Shown: positions 18,966 to 28,216 of the stretch, piece after piece
Layout: each line of letters begins with the position of its first letter
Numbering within the stretch: position 1 is the stretch's first letter
Source: Bdellovibrionales bacterium
GTDB taxonomy: Bacteria; Bdellovibrionota; Bdellovibrionia; Bdellovibrionales; UBA1609
Length of the DNA: 64,000 bases
Reading direction: 5' to 3'
Assembly (NCBI GenBank): GCA_050249195.1
Contig: JBFWQY010000026.1
Coordinates: forward strand, 6,018-70,017
Position numbers and translations under genes: made by a program
The notes under the pieces: generated by a model
Database searches by the model: none
Told to the model about the DNA's origin: nothing
The model's input: the letters and a program-made list of their open reading frames with translations, nothing else

Positions 18966-19759
18966 TGGCGAGGGCGCCGCGCGAGTTCGATAAGTATTGG
19001 TATTATCGGCGCGCCGTGCAGGCTCCGGATGTGGATTGCGAATTTTTCTACACCACCTACAAAGAGCTGCGGGGCGCACGGGCGCGAAGCTTACGTGAGG
19101 ATTTCTGCGGTACGTTCGCGATCTGTTGTGAATGGGTCCGCCGTCATCGTGAGAATCAAGCCGTGGGTATTGACCTCGACAACGAGCCGCTGGATTATGG
19201 CGTGACCAATTACCTTTCGCAACTGACCCGCAACCAACAACACCGCATTCAGGTGGTGCGGGATAACGTGCTGACGGCAGATGTTCCCAAGGTCGACATG
19301 GTGATCGCGCTGAACTTTTCCTATTATTTTTTCAAGTCGCGGCTGCTTCTCAGGCGGTACTTTTCAATGGCGCGGAAAGGTCTTAAACCTGACGGTGTTT
19401 TTATCGTTGATTGCTTCGGCGGCAAGGACTGCCAGAGCCAAATCGAAGAAAAAACGCGAATTGGAAACTTCTTCTACTACTGGGATCAGACCGGCTTTGA
19501 TCCCGTAACCAACGAAGCACTTTTCTATATTCACTTTAAACGCAAAGGCGAGCGCAAACGCGAGAAGGTCTTTACCTACGACTGGAGAATGTGGACGATT
19601 CCGGAGATTCGCGAAGTCATGCGCGAAGCCGGCTTTCGCCGCACGCATGTCTACTGGGAGGGCACCACGCGCACAGGACGAGGAGACGGCATCTTCAAGC
19701 GCGTGCAAAAGGGCGAAGAGTGTGATGCATGGGTCGCCTATGTGGTGGGCGAGAAATGA
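18965..19759 (+). CDS. Class I SAM-dependent methyltransferase, uncharacterised family
   Basis: LREDFCGT motif I variant, AVGIDLD, LKPDGVFIVD. Confidence 0.8.
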   Translation: MARAPREFDKYWYYRRAVQAPDVDCEFFYTTYKELRGARARSLREDFCGTFAICCEWVRRHRENQAVGIDLDNEPLDYGVTNYLSQLTRNQQHRIQVVRDNVLTADVPKVDMVIALNFSYYFFKSRLLLRRYFSMARKGLKPDGVFIVDCFGGKDCQSQIEEKTRIGNFFYYWDQTGFDPVTNEALFYIHFKRKGERKREKVFTYDWRMWTIPEIREVMREAGFRRTHVYWEGTTRTGRGDGIFKRVQKGEECDAWVAYVVGEK

Positions 19760-19813
19760 GCAAATAAGCGGGCTCATACTCACATCCACGGCCAGTTCGA
19801 GATTTTTACGTCT

Positions 19814-20920
19814 TTATTGTCTTTCGGGAAGAGCAGAGCCATTTGCCGGAGTGCCAGAAGAGCCTCCACTGCCGCCCTTAGTTGTGACGCAGTAATGGCT
19901 GACCGCCCCTATAATGGCGTCCCGTTTTTTCGCCTGAGGATCGCTCTCACGGAGAGGCCCGAAGTAGCGAGCCATGCCGTGGGATTCCTTGCCGCTGCCT
20001 CCACCCACGGACTGATCTTCGGCAATCAGCTTCATGGCAATGCAGGCACCGCATTTGATGTTGGTTTTAGCGTCGAGGATGGTGGTTTCGTTCAACTCCG
20101 CGCAGTCAGGGTCTTTGGACTTATCGTCGACTCCAATCTGGAACAAGCCTTTCCCGCCCATGGGCCGGCCCGTGGCTGGATCTCGCCAGGGTTTTTCTTT
20201 CGCTTTCGCATTCCAGCCGGATTCTTGTGTGATCAGCGCGGCCAATAATTGTTCGAACACCAGCACGCGTTGCGGACCGCGTTCGAACTGCGAATACGTC
20301 GGGCAGAAGCGATTGAAATCACGGATGGGCTTGCCCTCATCTTGCATTTTGAAAATGCGTTGGAGTTCCTGACTCGCGCACGATTTTCCATCGGTCAGGA
20401 TGTCTTTGAGTAAATCGCAATACTTTTGGTTGACCTGTGTTCGGTCCACGTTCTGGCCCGTACACAGCCCGTTACCAATGTTGCCCGAGCCTTCCCCACC
20501 GGAGTTAAAGTCGTAGTCTTTAGGGAATTCGTATTTATCCCAATTGACCTCATTCCAATTCGTCGTCTCCGAGGGACCTTTCTTTTTGTTACCATTGGCG
20601 GGCTTTTTATCTACGTCTCGGTTCCACGCCTTCGGGTCTGTCGGGCTACCGCCGCCCGCGCCCGACAGCATTTCTGGCAGTTTCGAAATCATGTCTTTCA
20701 TGGGGTCAGCCTTATTTTGTTCTTGCTCGGCCAGTGTTTTCGGAGTTTCAACCGCGGGAATGGTCACGGGCGCCACGGGAGTCGATGGCGTTTCCGTTGT
20801 GTCGTCTGCCAGGGGCGTGATTTTCTGCGGAGGTTTTGGTGCAAGAACCTGAGGCTTCATGGTCTGAGCAAAACTGGTCCCAAGCGCCATCGCAAGAGAA
20901 GTAAATGTGATCAGAAGCAT
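19814..20920 (-). CDS. Secreted lytic transglycosylase (SLT-like) domain protein
   Basis: Signal peptide, Pro/Thr-rich linker, catalytic LITQESGWN, GLFQIG, NIKCG motifs. Confidence 0.75.
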   Translation of the reverse strand: MLLITFTSLAMALGTSFAQTMKPQVLAPKPPQKITPLADDTTETPSTPVAPVTIPAVETPKTLAEQEQNKADPMKDMISKLPEMLSGAGGGSPTDPKAWNRDVDKKPANGNKKKGPSETTNWNEVNWDKYEFPKDYDFNSGGEGSGNIGNGLCTGQNVDRTQVNQKYCDLLKDILTDGKSCASQELQRIFKMQDEGKPIRDFNRFCPTYSQFERGPQRVLVFEQLLAALITQESGWNAKAKEKPWRDPATGRPMGGKGLFQIGVDDKSKDPDCAELNETTILDAKTNIKCGACIAMKLIAEDQSVGGGSGKESHGMARYFGPLRESDPQAKKRDAIIGAVSHYCVTTKGGSGGSSGTPANGSALPERQ

Positions 20921-21013
20921 GTCTCAAATTGTCGCATGCTGGAGGCAGCCGGGTAAGAGACTGGACCTGCGAACTGGCTCAAAACCCTGTAAATCCCAAG
21001 CCAGTTGCTAACC

Positions 21014-21028
21014 GTCTCAAAATGAGAG
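21014..21028. promoter_or_regulatory. Palindromic operator-like site GTCTCA-N3-TGAGA
   Basis: GTCTCAAAATGAGAG; related copies at 14411-14425 and 33530-33544, half sites at 20921 and 60531. Confidence 0.4.
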
Positions 21029-21060
21029 AGGTGCCGAGACCCTGGACCGCGCCCACAGAG

Positions 21061-21088
21061 GTGACACTTAGCCCTGGTTAAACATAAT
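21061..21088 (+). promoter_or_regulatory. sigma70-like promoter firing antisense to the 43-aa small ORF
   Basis: GTGACA-16 nt-CATAAT (5/6 match in each box). Confidence 0.45.
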
Positions 21089-21199
21089 CAGGTAAGCCCA
21101 GCAAAGTAACAGCTTATGGATGAAAAGAATCAACCAGAACTGGACTTTAAAGAGTTCCACCTGAACCCGAAACGATGAAAAGGTTTTGCTTTTCATCAT
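21068..21199 (-). CDS. 43-aa small hydrophobic protein, candidate type I toxin
   Basis: MMKSKTFSSFRVQVELFKVQFWLILFIHKLLLCWAYLIMFNQG; SD AAAGGAGGT just upstream, paired with CTCCT in a stem (21203-21226). Confidence 0.6.
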   Translation of the reverse strand: MMKSKTFSSFRVQVELFKVQFWLILFIHKLLLCWAYLIMFNQG

Positions 21200-21271
21200 A
21201 TCGACCTCCTTTCTGTGAGGAGAGTCTTCCAAAAGCTCCAGGGCCTCGGCTCCTGGAGCTTTTGCATTTTT
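21095..21271 (+). ncRNA. Predicted antisense RNA (candidate type I antitoxin)
   Basis: Bounded by the promoter at 21061-21088 and the terminator at 21231-21271; complementary to most of the small ORF and its SD. Ends are approximate. Confidence 0.35.
21231..21271 (+). terminator. Intrinsic terminator (possibly bidirectional)
   Basis: AAAAGCTCCAGG(21231-21242)/CCTGGAGCTTTT(21252-21263) perfect 12-bp IR followed by GCATTTTT. Confidence 0.7.
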
Positions 21272-21370
21272 AGGGCTACGGTGGGACGTGTTTAGAGTCG
21301 AGGGAAGGTAGGGGGCGAGTCGGCCCTCGGATAGTCGGAACGGGCGGATCGGCGGCAAGTGAACTCGCCT

Positions 21371-21904
21371 TTAGGCTCGCGCCGCCGACTTGAGTTGGTC
21401 TTGCGTGAACAGGCTCTTGAGTTCAAGTCCGGCCTGGCGCAGATTCTCTTCACCGCCTTGCTGGCGTGAAATCACGCATAAAACATCGCGAATCCGCGCG
21501 CCTTCTTTGCGAAGATCTTCGGCGCTGAGCACGACTTGCCCGCCCGTGGTGACAACATCTTCAATGATACACACCCTTTTATCGCGGAGCGATTCCAGTC
21601 CTTCAGCCACGCGACAGGTACCGTAGGATTTTGCTTTCTTGCGTACAAACACAGCCGGTAGGCCTGTCTCCAGAGACAGAGCCGTTGCGACCGGTATGCC
21701 TCCCATCTCGAGCCCGGCCAGGACCTCGGTTCCTTCGGGAATGAGCTGTTTCATTTCCGCCGCAATCGCGCGCAAGAGATGCGGTTGAGCTTCGAAGCGA
21801 TACTTATCAAAATACTCGTTTGAGGTGAGGCCAGAGCGAAGTTTGAACTCTCCTTTGAGATGAGCGATGTTGAAGATGGACTGCGCCAGTTCAGTGGGAC
21901 TCAA
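21371..21904 (-). CDS. pyrE: Orotate phosphoribosyltransferase
   Basis: GEFKLRSGLTSNEYFDK, AGLEMGGIP, VRKKAKSYGT, PRPP motif IIEDVVTTGG; TTG start after AAGGAGG. Confidence 0.92.
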   Translation of the reverse strand: MSPTELAQSIFNIAHLKGEFKLRSGLTSNEYFDKYRFEAQPHLLRAIAAEMKQLIPEGTEVLAGLEMGGIPVATALSLETGLPAVFVRKKAKSYGTCRVAEGLESLRDKRVCIIEDVVTTGGQVVLSAEDLRKEGARIRDVLCVISRQQGGEENLRQAGLELKSLFTQDQLKSAARA

Positions 21905-22064
21905 TGCAAACCTCCTTGAATCGAGCGGGATGGTCAGAATGACACTCGACCTTAGCCTGAGTAGGTGTACTTTCGGCCCCTGACAAGTCTTTTCCACGTG
22001 TCGCGATCAACGCTATTTGATCTTTCAAAACCGGCTTTGTATCGGCCGTGGCACAGCGTCGCGT

Positions 22065-22080
22065 TGGCACGGGATCTGCT
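22065..22080 (+). promoter_or_regulatory. sigma54 (RpoN) -24/-12 promoter
   Basis: TGGCACGGGATCTGCT, correct GG-N10-GC spacing. Confidence 0.6.
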
Positions 22081-22133
22081 CATAGAGTCTGTTGAGTATG
22101 GGGATGCGCCCTTCAGGAGGAAGGAATCGGCAC

Positions 22134-22232
22134 ATGGAAAAGATGAACGCGCGAACAATTTATGTGATTCTCCTTATCTTGACCCTGTTGATGGTGCTGG
22201 CGGGCAGGACTCTCCTGCAACAACCGGTTTAA
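22134..22232 (+). CDS. 32-aa single-TM small protein (not on the ORF track)
   Basis: MEKMNARTIYVILLILTLLMVLAGRTLLQQPV; purine-rich AGGAGGAAGGA upstream; downstream of the sigma54 motif. Confidence 0.55.
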   Translation: MEKMNARTIYVILLILTLLMVLAGRTLLQQPV

Positions 22233-22259
22233 AGACGGGAACTGTCATGAAAAGGCGAA

Positions 22260-22580
22260 TTAAACGCTCTGGTAATAAATCCAATTCAAAAATTCGGGTA
22301 ATCCGTCGTCAATCTTCAAGAAGGCCAAGGCCGGCACATCATATGGATGTTCTGCCCGGATTCTTTCCTTTAGTTCTGTCTTTTTTCTAGCGGGGAGCTT
22401 GAGAAGGGCGGCCCACTCCTTCTCCTTTTGAAGCTGCCCTTTCCATAGATACAGCGCCCGGTGGGGAGATAAAATATTCGCACAGGCAATGGTACCGCTC
22501 AAAACGAGGCGTTCGCAAATACGATGGGCCACATCTTCACTGGGAAACGTGCAGTACGCAAAAACAACATCAGAGCTCAT
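22260..22580 (-). CDS. cutA: Divalent-cation tolerance protein CutA
   Basis: YCTFPSEDVA...IACANI...LYLWKG...HPYDVP. Confidence 0.9.
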   Translation of the reverse strand: MSSDVVFAYCTFPSEDVAHRICERLVLSGTIACANILSPHRALYLWKGQLQKEKEWAALLKLPARKKTELKERIRAEHPYDVPALAFLKIDDGLPEFLNWIYYQSV

Positions 22581-23118
22581 GACTACGCAGTAGGCGCGGC
22601 GCCTCGGATACTGGGCCCGACACCGGCGAGAGTTCAATGCCAAAAATAATTTCCACGAACTCCGCCAGAGGCATGACACCGGTTGTGGTTCCGGCGTCGG
22701 ATTTGACAATCAGGAACGGACTTGCTGACTTGAGAAATAAATCGGCGAGATCGGCCACCGATGTGTTTTCGTTCACTTCTGCGACCGGCTGGGCATAGTG
22801 CTCAAGATCAATATCTTCACTCGATTCGTTCAGCAGCTCCATGACCTTTTGCTTGGAGATCCATCCCACGATTTGATCCAAATCTCCTTTGTAGACGGGA
22901 AAGTGAGCCACTTTTGCTGATTTTAGTCGGCGCACGCGATGAAGCTGGACTTGAGCATCGAGTGCGATCACCAACGCGCGTGGGATCATGGCATCCCTTA
23001 CCAACATCTCTTCCAATTCAGCCAATCGGGAATTCAGCTCCGGCGAGAGCGGCGGGGGTTCGGAATCTTCGTTTTCGTTTGGGCTTTTGAGGTCTTGAAT
23101 CCAGGAGAACAATTTCAT
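22570..23118 (-). CDS. CBS-domain pair protein (CorC/HlyC-like CBS module)
   Basis: VRDAMIPR, HFPVYKGDLDQIVG, second CBS repeat; no transmembrane domain. Confidence 0.75.
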   Translation of the reverse strand: MKLFSWIQDLKSPNENEDSEPPPLSPELNSRLAELEEMLVRDAMIPRALVIALDAQVQLHRVRRLKSAKVAHFPVYKGDLDQIVGWISKQKVMELLNESSEDIDLEHYAQPVAEVNENTSVADLADLFLKSASPFLIVKSDAGTTTGVMPLAEFVEIIFGIELSPVSGPVSEAPRLLRSHEL

Positions 23119-23196
23119 TATGTATATATATACCACATTCCGGGCCGATTCGGGTGCCCACTCTACGGTTTGCGTTCAGTGAAGCAGCGTGTGTTT

Positions 23197-23751
23197 TTAA
23201 CCACCCACAGCGCTGGGAAGAACCTCAATGTCCTTGAATACTTGGCTCCCTGTGGCGTTTTTTTGGCCCTGGTACTTTCCTTTATACGGCGTGGCGGCGG
23301 CCTGGTCCATGCGACAGAAGACCAGCTGGCAGATGCGCCGTCCAGCCTCCAACCGAATCGGGAGCGAGTTCGCGTTGTACAACTCCAACGTGATTTGACC
23401 CTCAAACCCCGGATCGACCCAGCCCGCATTTTGGATAAACAAACCAATACGACCGATAGAGCTTCGGCCTTCGACAAACGCGGTGAGGTCACGGGGCAGA
23501 CGCACGTATTCCATCGTGGTCGCGAGCAAAAATGAGTGCGGAGGAATGGTGATTTCCGTTCCATGAATCTGGCGGTAAATAATTTCGGAATTCAAGTCGA
23601 TGGTATGCATTTGTCGGTCTTCGACAACTAGGAAATGATCGCCGAGCCGACAGTCAATGGAGGCCGGTTGAATGGACTCCCCGTTGAGAGGATCGACCCC
23701 CAGTTCACCCGATTGAATCAGCTGCCTGAGGGTCTTATCCGACAGAATCAT
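23197..23751 (-). CDS. dcd: dCTP deaminase
   Basis: [54 protein letters not shown]. Confidence 0.95.
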   Translation of the reverse strand: MILSDKTLRQLIQSGELGVDPLNGESIQPASIDCRLGDHFLVVEDRQMHTIDLNSEIIYRQIHGTEITIPPHSFLLATTMEYVRLPRDLTAFVEGRSSIGRIGLFIQNAGWVDPGFEGQITLELYNANSLPIRLEAGRRICQLVFCRMDQAAATPYKGKYQGQKNATGSQVFKDIEVLPSAVGG

Positions 23752-23754
23752 GGG

Positions 23755-25860
23755 TCACTTCTTCTGTTCTTCCTGCCGCTGTTTTTCGTACTTCTTCACC
23801 AGTTCCTCTTGAATGTTGCGCGGAACGGGCGCGTACTTGGCAAATTCCATGGTGAACTCGCCTTTGCCTTGAGTGGCTGAACGCAATTCCGTCGAGTAGC
23901 CAAACATTTCAGACAGGGGGACTTCCGCCTCAACCACCGTGAACGCATCATTGGTCGTCGTGCCCAAGATCACACCGCGACGCTGGTTGATCTGGCCCAG
24001 TACGTTCCCCTGGTACTCTTCGGGGGCGGAAACCTCTACCTTCATAATAGGCTCCAGCGCAATCGGACGTGCTTTAAAGTAAAACTCACGGAATGCAGCC
24101 ATCGCACAAATGCGGAAGGCCATTTCAGAAGAGTCAACTTCGTGATAAGCACCGTCGCTCAGCACGGCTTTCACACCGACCACAGGGAATCCAATCAAAA
24201 GACCTTTCGTCATTTGCTCTTGAAAGCCTTTGTCCACAGCCGGAATAAATTCGCGTGGAATCTTGCCGCCCACAACCTTGTTTTCAAACTCATACGTTTT
24301 ATCGGGGCTGTCCAAAGGTTCGAATGTCCCTACCACCTTCGCATACTGACCGGAACCGCCGGTCTGCTTCTTGTGAGTGTAATCAAACGGAGCGGCAGCG
24401 GAAATGGTTTCACGGTAAGCCACCTGTGGCTGGCCCGTGACCACTTCACAATTAAACTCCCGCTTCATACGTTCCACGTAAATTTCGAGGTGGAGTTCGC
24501 CCATACCCGAGATAATGGTTTCGTTGGACTCCTCATCGCGATGCACACGGAAGGTGGGATCCTCCTTACGGAATTTCTGCAGGGCTTTGGAGAAGTTCGC
24601 CGCGCCGTCCTTGCTCTTGGGAGCCACAGCCAGCGAGATCACCGCATCAGGTACGAACATCGAAGTCATGGCGACGTTTACGCTTCCATCGGTGAAGGTG
24701 TCTCCTGAAGCACAGTCGATGCCAAAGAGGGCCACGATATCACCGGCGTAGGCCACATCAATATCCACCATTTCGTCCGCATGCATGCGCACGAGACGGG
24801 GAATCTTCACTTTTCTACCGCCCGCCATATTCACAATGAAGTCACCTTTACGCATGGTTCCCTGGTAAATGCGCATGTAGGTCAACTGCCCAAAGCGTCC
24901 ATCTTCCAGCTTAAACGCCAGAGCCACCAGCGGCTTCTCGGGGTTGGCTTCGAGTTCAATTTTCTCTTCATTCTTATCGAGATCGAGCCCTTCATAGACG
25001 AGTTCGGAAGGATTTGGGAGATAGTCGGTCACACCGTCGAGAAGCTTTTGAACTCCACGGTTTTTGTAAGCGGATCCCATAAACACCGGGGTCAAATCCA
25101 GTTTCAACGTCCCTTTACGGATCGCGGCTTTCAGCTCTTGTTCCGTGGGTTCTTCTTCCATCAGGAATTTTTCGCCGAGAGCATCATCGAAATCAGCGGC
25201 CTTGCCCACAAGCTCATGACGATACTTCTTGGCCTGCTCCATCATATCCGCGGGAATTTCCTTCTCGGTCAGGATCTCACCGTTTGCACCTGAGAAGTAC
25301 ACGGCCTTCATGGTAACCAGATCGATAACGCCTTCGAGCTTGTCTTCCAGGCCAATCGGAAGCTGCATCATCACGGCATTGTGGCGGAGCTTCTCGCGCA
25401 GGGCCTCCACAACGCGGAAGGGGTTGGCTCCCGCGCGGTCCAATTTGTTAATAAAGGCCAGGCGCGGAACCTTATAACGCCGCATCTGCCGGTCGACCGT
25501 GATCGACTGCGACTGCACGCCGGCCACCCCGCAGAGCACAAGAATCGCACCATCAAGAACGCGCAGAGCGCGCTCCACCTCGATCGTGAAGTCCACGTGC
25601 CCGGGAGTATCGATGATGTTGATCTCGGTGTCTTTCCAATGCACGTTAGTGGCTGCCGACTGGATTGTGATTCCGCGCTCGCGTTCGAGCTCCATATGAT
25701 CCATGGTTGCACCCACGCCGTCCTTACCCCGCACCTCGTGGATCGCGTGGATCCGACCCGTGTAGAACAGAATGCGCTCGGTTAAGGTCGTTTTACCCGA
25801 GTCAATGTGGGCGGAGATACCGATGTTCCTGACTTTCTCAAGGACCCATTTCGCAGCCAT
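23755..25860 (-). CDS. fusA: Elongation factor G (spirochete/delta/mitochondrial EF-G1 type)
   Basis: [47 protein letters not shown] insertion; not in a str operon. Confidence 0.96.
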   Translation of the reverse strand: MAAKWVLEKVRNIGISAHIDSGKTTLTERILFYTGRIHAIHEVRGKDGVGATMDHMELERERGITIQSAATNVHWKDTEINIIDTPGHVDFTIEVERALRVLDGAILVLCGVAGVQSQSITVDRQMRRYKVPRLAFINKLDRAGANPFRVVEALREKLRHNAVMMQLPIGLEDKLEGVIDLVTMKAVYFSGANGEILTEKEIPADMMEQAKKYRHELVGKAADFDDALGEKFLMEEEPTEQELKAAIRKGTLKLDLTPVFMGSAYKNRGVQKLLDGVTDYLPNPSELVYEGLDLDKNEEKIELEANPEKPLVALAFKLEDGRFGQLTYMRIYQGTMRKGDFIVNMAGGRKVKIPRLVRMHADEMVDIDVAYAGDIVALFGIDCASGDTFTDGSVNVAMTSMFVPDAVISLAVAPKSKDGAANFSKALQKFRKEDPTFRVHRDEESNETIISGMGELHLEIYVERMKREFNCEVVTGQPQVAYRETISAAAPFDYTHKKQTGGSGQYAKVVGTFEPLDSPDKTYEFENKVVGGKIPREFIPAVDKGFQEQMTKGLLIGFPVVGVKAVLSDGAYHEVDSSEMAFRICAMAAFREFYFKARPIALEPIMKVEVSAPEEYQGNVLGQINQRRGVILGTTTNDAFTVVEAEVPLSEMFGYSTELRSATQGKGEFTMEFAKYAPVPRNIQEELVKKYEKQRQEEQKK

Positions 25861-26031
25861 TACTCTTCCTTCCTATCCTCTCGCTAGCGTAATACAGCGT
25901 AAAAACAACTACGCTGTTTCGATTAAAGTTTGAGCCAGAACCGTTTTTCCGGAGTGAATGCCCGAATCGGTTGATGAATTCAAGTCTTTAGGGGTTAACA
26001 CGAGTCCTTACAAAGTGCAAAGCCAATGTCA

Positions 26032-26061
26032 TTGTCCTTTCGTTGCGGAAACGCATATAAT
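26032..26061 (+). promoter_or_regulatory. sigma70-like promoter immediately upstream of recQ
   Basis: TTGTCC-18 nt-TATAAT; GTG start 5 nt downstream. Confidence 0.55.
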
Positions 26062-26066
26062 TCCCG

Positions 26067-27530
26067 GTGCTTATGCTAACGCTGGAATCTCTTGAAAATC
26101 ACGCCCGCCAAGCCGGCCTCTATCCGTTGCGAGAAGCCCAGGTCAAAGCTTTAAGGCATCTGGTCGAGGGTCGTGACCTTCTCCTCATCTGGCCAACCGG
26201 ATCCGGAAAGTCTCTCTGTTATCAGTTGCCGGCTTTGGTGCTGGAAAACCTGACGGTGGTGGTCTCTCCTTTAATTGCTCTGATGGAGGATCAAGTCCGC
26301 AAGGGCCGGGCTTTCGGTTGGCCCGTAACCTGCGTGCACTCGGGAATGGCGCGCGCGGAACGGGAGCGCCGTTTGAAGCAGGTGGAAGAAGGACGTATTC
26401 GGCTCCTTTACGTGACGCCCGAACGCTTTCGGCAGCAGGATTTTCGCGATTTACTGAGCCGCCGGAGGCTGGCGCTTTTGGCCGTTGACGAGGCCCATTG
26501 CATCTCGCAATGGGGTCATGATTTCCGTCCGGACTATTCCCGGCTGGGAGAGATTCGCCGCTCGCTTGGAGATCCGCAGGTCCTGGCGCTGACCGCCACG
26601 GCCACCGCGGAGGTGCAAGAGGATATTCGGAAGCAGCTTCACATGGATCCGGGGGCCCTCACCTTATGGGAAGGAGTGGAGCGGCCCAATCTTTATTTAG
26701 CGGCTGAAGAGTGCGATCATGTGGACGATAAAACCGAGCCGCTCGTGAGCTGGTTGAAGCGCGTGCGCGGTCCTAAGATCGTCTACTTCACCCTAATTAC
26801 GACGCTGGCCAAAGTCGCGGACCGTCTGCGAGCCGAGGGCTTTGCGCCTGACGTGTATCACGGAGATTTGGAAGACACGCGCCGGACCCGGGCGCAGAAG
26901 CGCTTCCTCACAGGCGAGAGCGATTTGATCCTGGCCACACCGGCATTCGGATTGGGTGTGGATAAGCCGGATGTTCGTGGTGTTCTCCATTACGAGACTC
27001 CAGGTTCCCTCGAAGCTTATTTTCAGGAGGTCGGACGCGCGGGCCGGGATGGGGAGAGGTCAGAGTGTTGTCTCCTGTACTGCCAGGAAGATTTAGAAAC
27101 GCAGATGCGCTTTATTGAGTCACTCACTCCGGATCCGGCGTACGTGCGTGCCACTTACACGCTCTTGCAATCATGGCAGGACCGCCTCCAGAGCGTCAAA
27201 CTCGATGATTTGCGCGCGCAGCTGAGTTTTAAGAACAAGCGTGATTACCGCCTGGAGACGGCGTTGAGTTTCTTGGATCGGTGGGAGGTGATCCGATGGC
27301 CGCACCGACGCCTGGACCGAATTGAATTTCTGCGACCTCTGGACGACGAGGATCTTTCCGCGGAGCTCTGGCACGCGCGTAAAATGCAGCTGCAAAAAAA
27401 GCTTCTGGCGATCGTGCAATGGTTCCGCAGCCCTCAGTGCCGCAAGGTGGGGATCTATTCGTACTTCGGCTGGCCGCACGTGGAACCTTGTGGTCTCTGT
27501 GACAGATGTGATGGAGCGCGCACGCCATGA
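26067..27530 (+). CDS. recQ: RecQ family ATP-dependent DNA helicase (short, no HRDC)
   Basis: PTGSGKSLCYQLP, VDEAHCISQWGHDFRPDY, YFQEVGRAGRDG, C-terminal Zn motif C...CGLCDRC. Confidence 0.92.
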   Translation: MLMLTLESLENHARQAGLYPLREAQVKALRHLVEGRDLLLIWPTGSGKSLCYQLPALVLENLTVVVSPLIALMEDQVRKGRAFGWPVTCVHSGMARAERERRLKQVEEGRIRLLYVTPERFRQQDFRDLLSRRRLALLAVDEAHCISQWGHDFRPDYSRLGEIRRSLGDPQVLALTATATAEVQEDIRKQLHMDPGALTLWEGVERPNLYLAAEECDHVDDKTEPLVSWLKRVRGPKIVYFTLITTLAKVADRLRAEGFAPDVYHGDLEDTRRTRAQKRFLTGESDLILATPAFGLGVDKPDVRGVLHYETPGSLEAYFQEVGRAGRDGERSECCLLYCQEDLETQMRFIESLTPDPAYVRATYTLLQSWQDRLQSVKLDDLRAQLSFKNKRDYRLETALSFLDRWEVIRWPHRRLDRIEFLRPLDDEDLSAELWHARKMQLQKKLLAIVQWFRSPQCRKVGIYSYFGWPHVEPCGLCDRCDGARTP

Positions 27531-28216
27531 GGAAGCTTTACGTCTCGGAGCGCACGAGCTTTCCTGATCCGCGCCATACGCTGGCCGAGGGGATTGTGGA
27601 TGTGAGCGATGACCTGCGTGTGGAGCGCCTGCTCGAGGCGTACAGTTTTGGAATTTTTCCATGGCCGCACGAAGATCTGCCGACGCTGTGGTATTCCCCA
27701 GATGAACGCGGCGTACTTGATTTCAATGAATTCCATATTCCGCGTAGCCTGGCAAAAGTCAGTCGGAAGGCGCCGTGGACGTGCACGTTCAATCGTGATT
27801 TCTCAAGCGTGATTGAGGCTTGCGCGTCGATTCGCAGGCCCCATCAGCGCGGAACATGGATCAGTCGTAAGCTGGTCCGCGCCTACCTGGATTTCCACCG
27901 AGCTGGTTATGCACACAGCGTGGAGGTGTGGGACGGCACCGAACTGGTGGGAGGCCTTTACGGCGTGTACGTCGCGGGCGTGTTCTCCGGTGAAAGCATG
28001 TTCTTTCGCGTGCCGAATGCCTCCAAGTTCGCATTGGTTCAACTTGTTGAATTTCTGCGGGCGAACGGTCTTACGTGGATGGATATTCAGATGGTCACAC
28101 CGCTTCTGCAGACCTTCGGTGGAAAGTATATTTCGCGCCAGTCCTATCTGGACCGCCTCACCGTGGCTCGGGCGGCTGCCAAATACATTGAGTTTAGTTC
28201 GCATGCTAGAACTTAA
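27527..28216 (+). CDS. aat: Leucyl/phenylalanyl-tRNA--protein transferase
   Basis: LLEAYSFGIFPW, AHSVEVW, LVGGLYGV, FSGESMF, NASK. Confidence 0.95.
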   Translation: MRKLYVSERTSFPDPRHTLAEGIVDVSDDLRVERLLEAYSFGIFPWPHEDLPTLWYSPDERGVLDFNEFHIPRSLAKVSRKAPWTCTFNRDFSSVIEACASIRRPHQRGTWISRKLVRAYLDFHRAGYAHSVEVWDGTELVGGLYGVYVAGVFSGESMFFRVPNASKFALVQLVEFLRANGLTWMDIQMVTPLLQTFGGKYISRQSYLDRLTVARAAAKYIEFSSHART

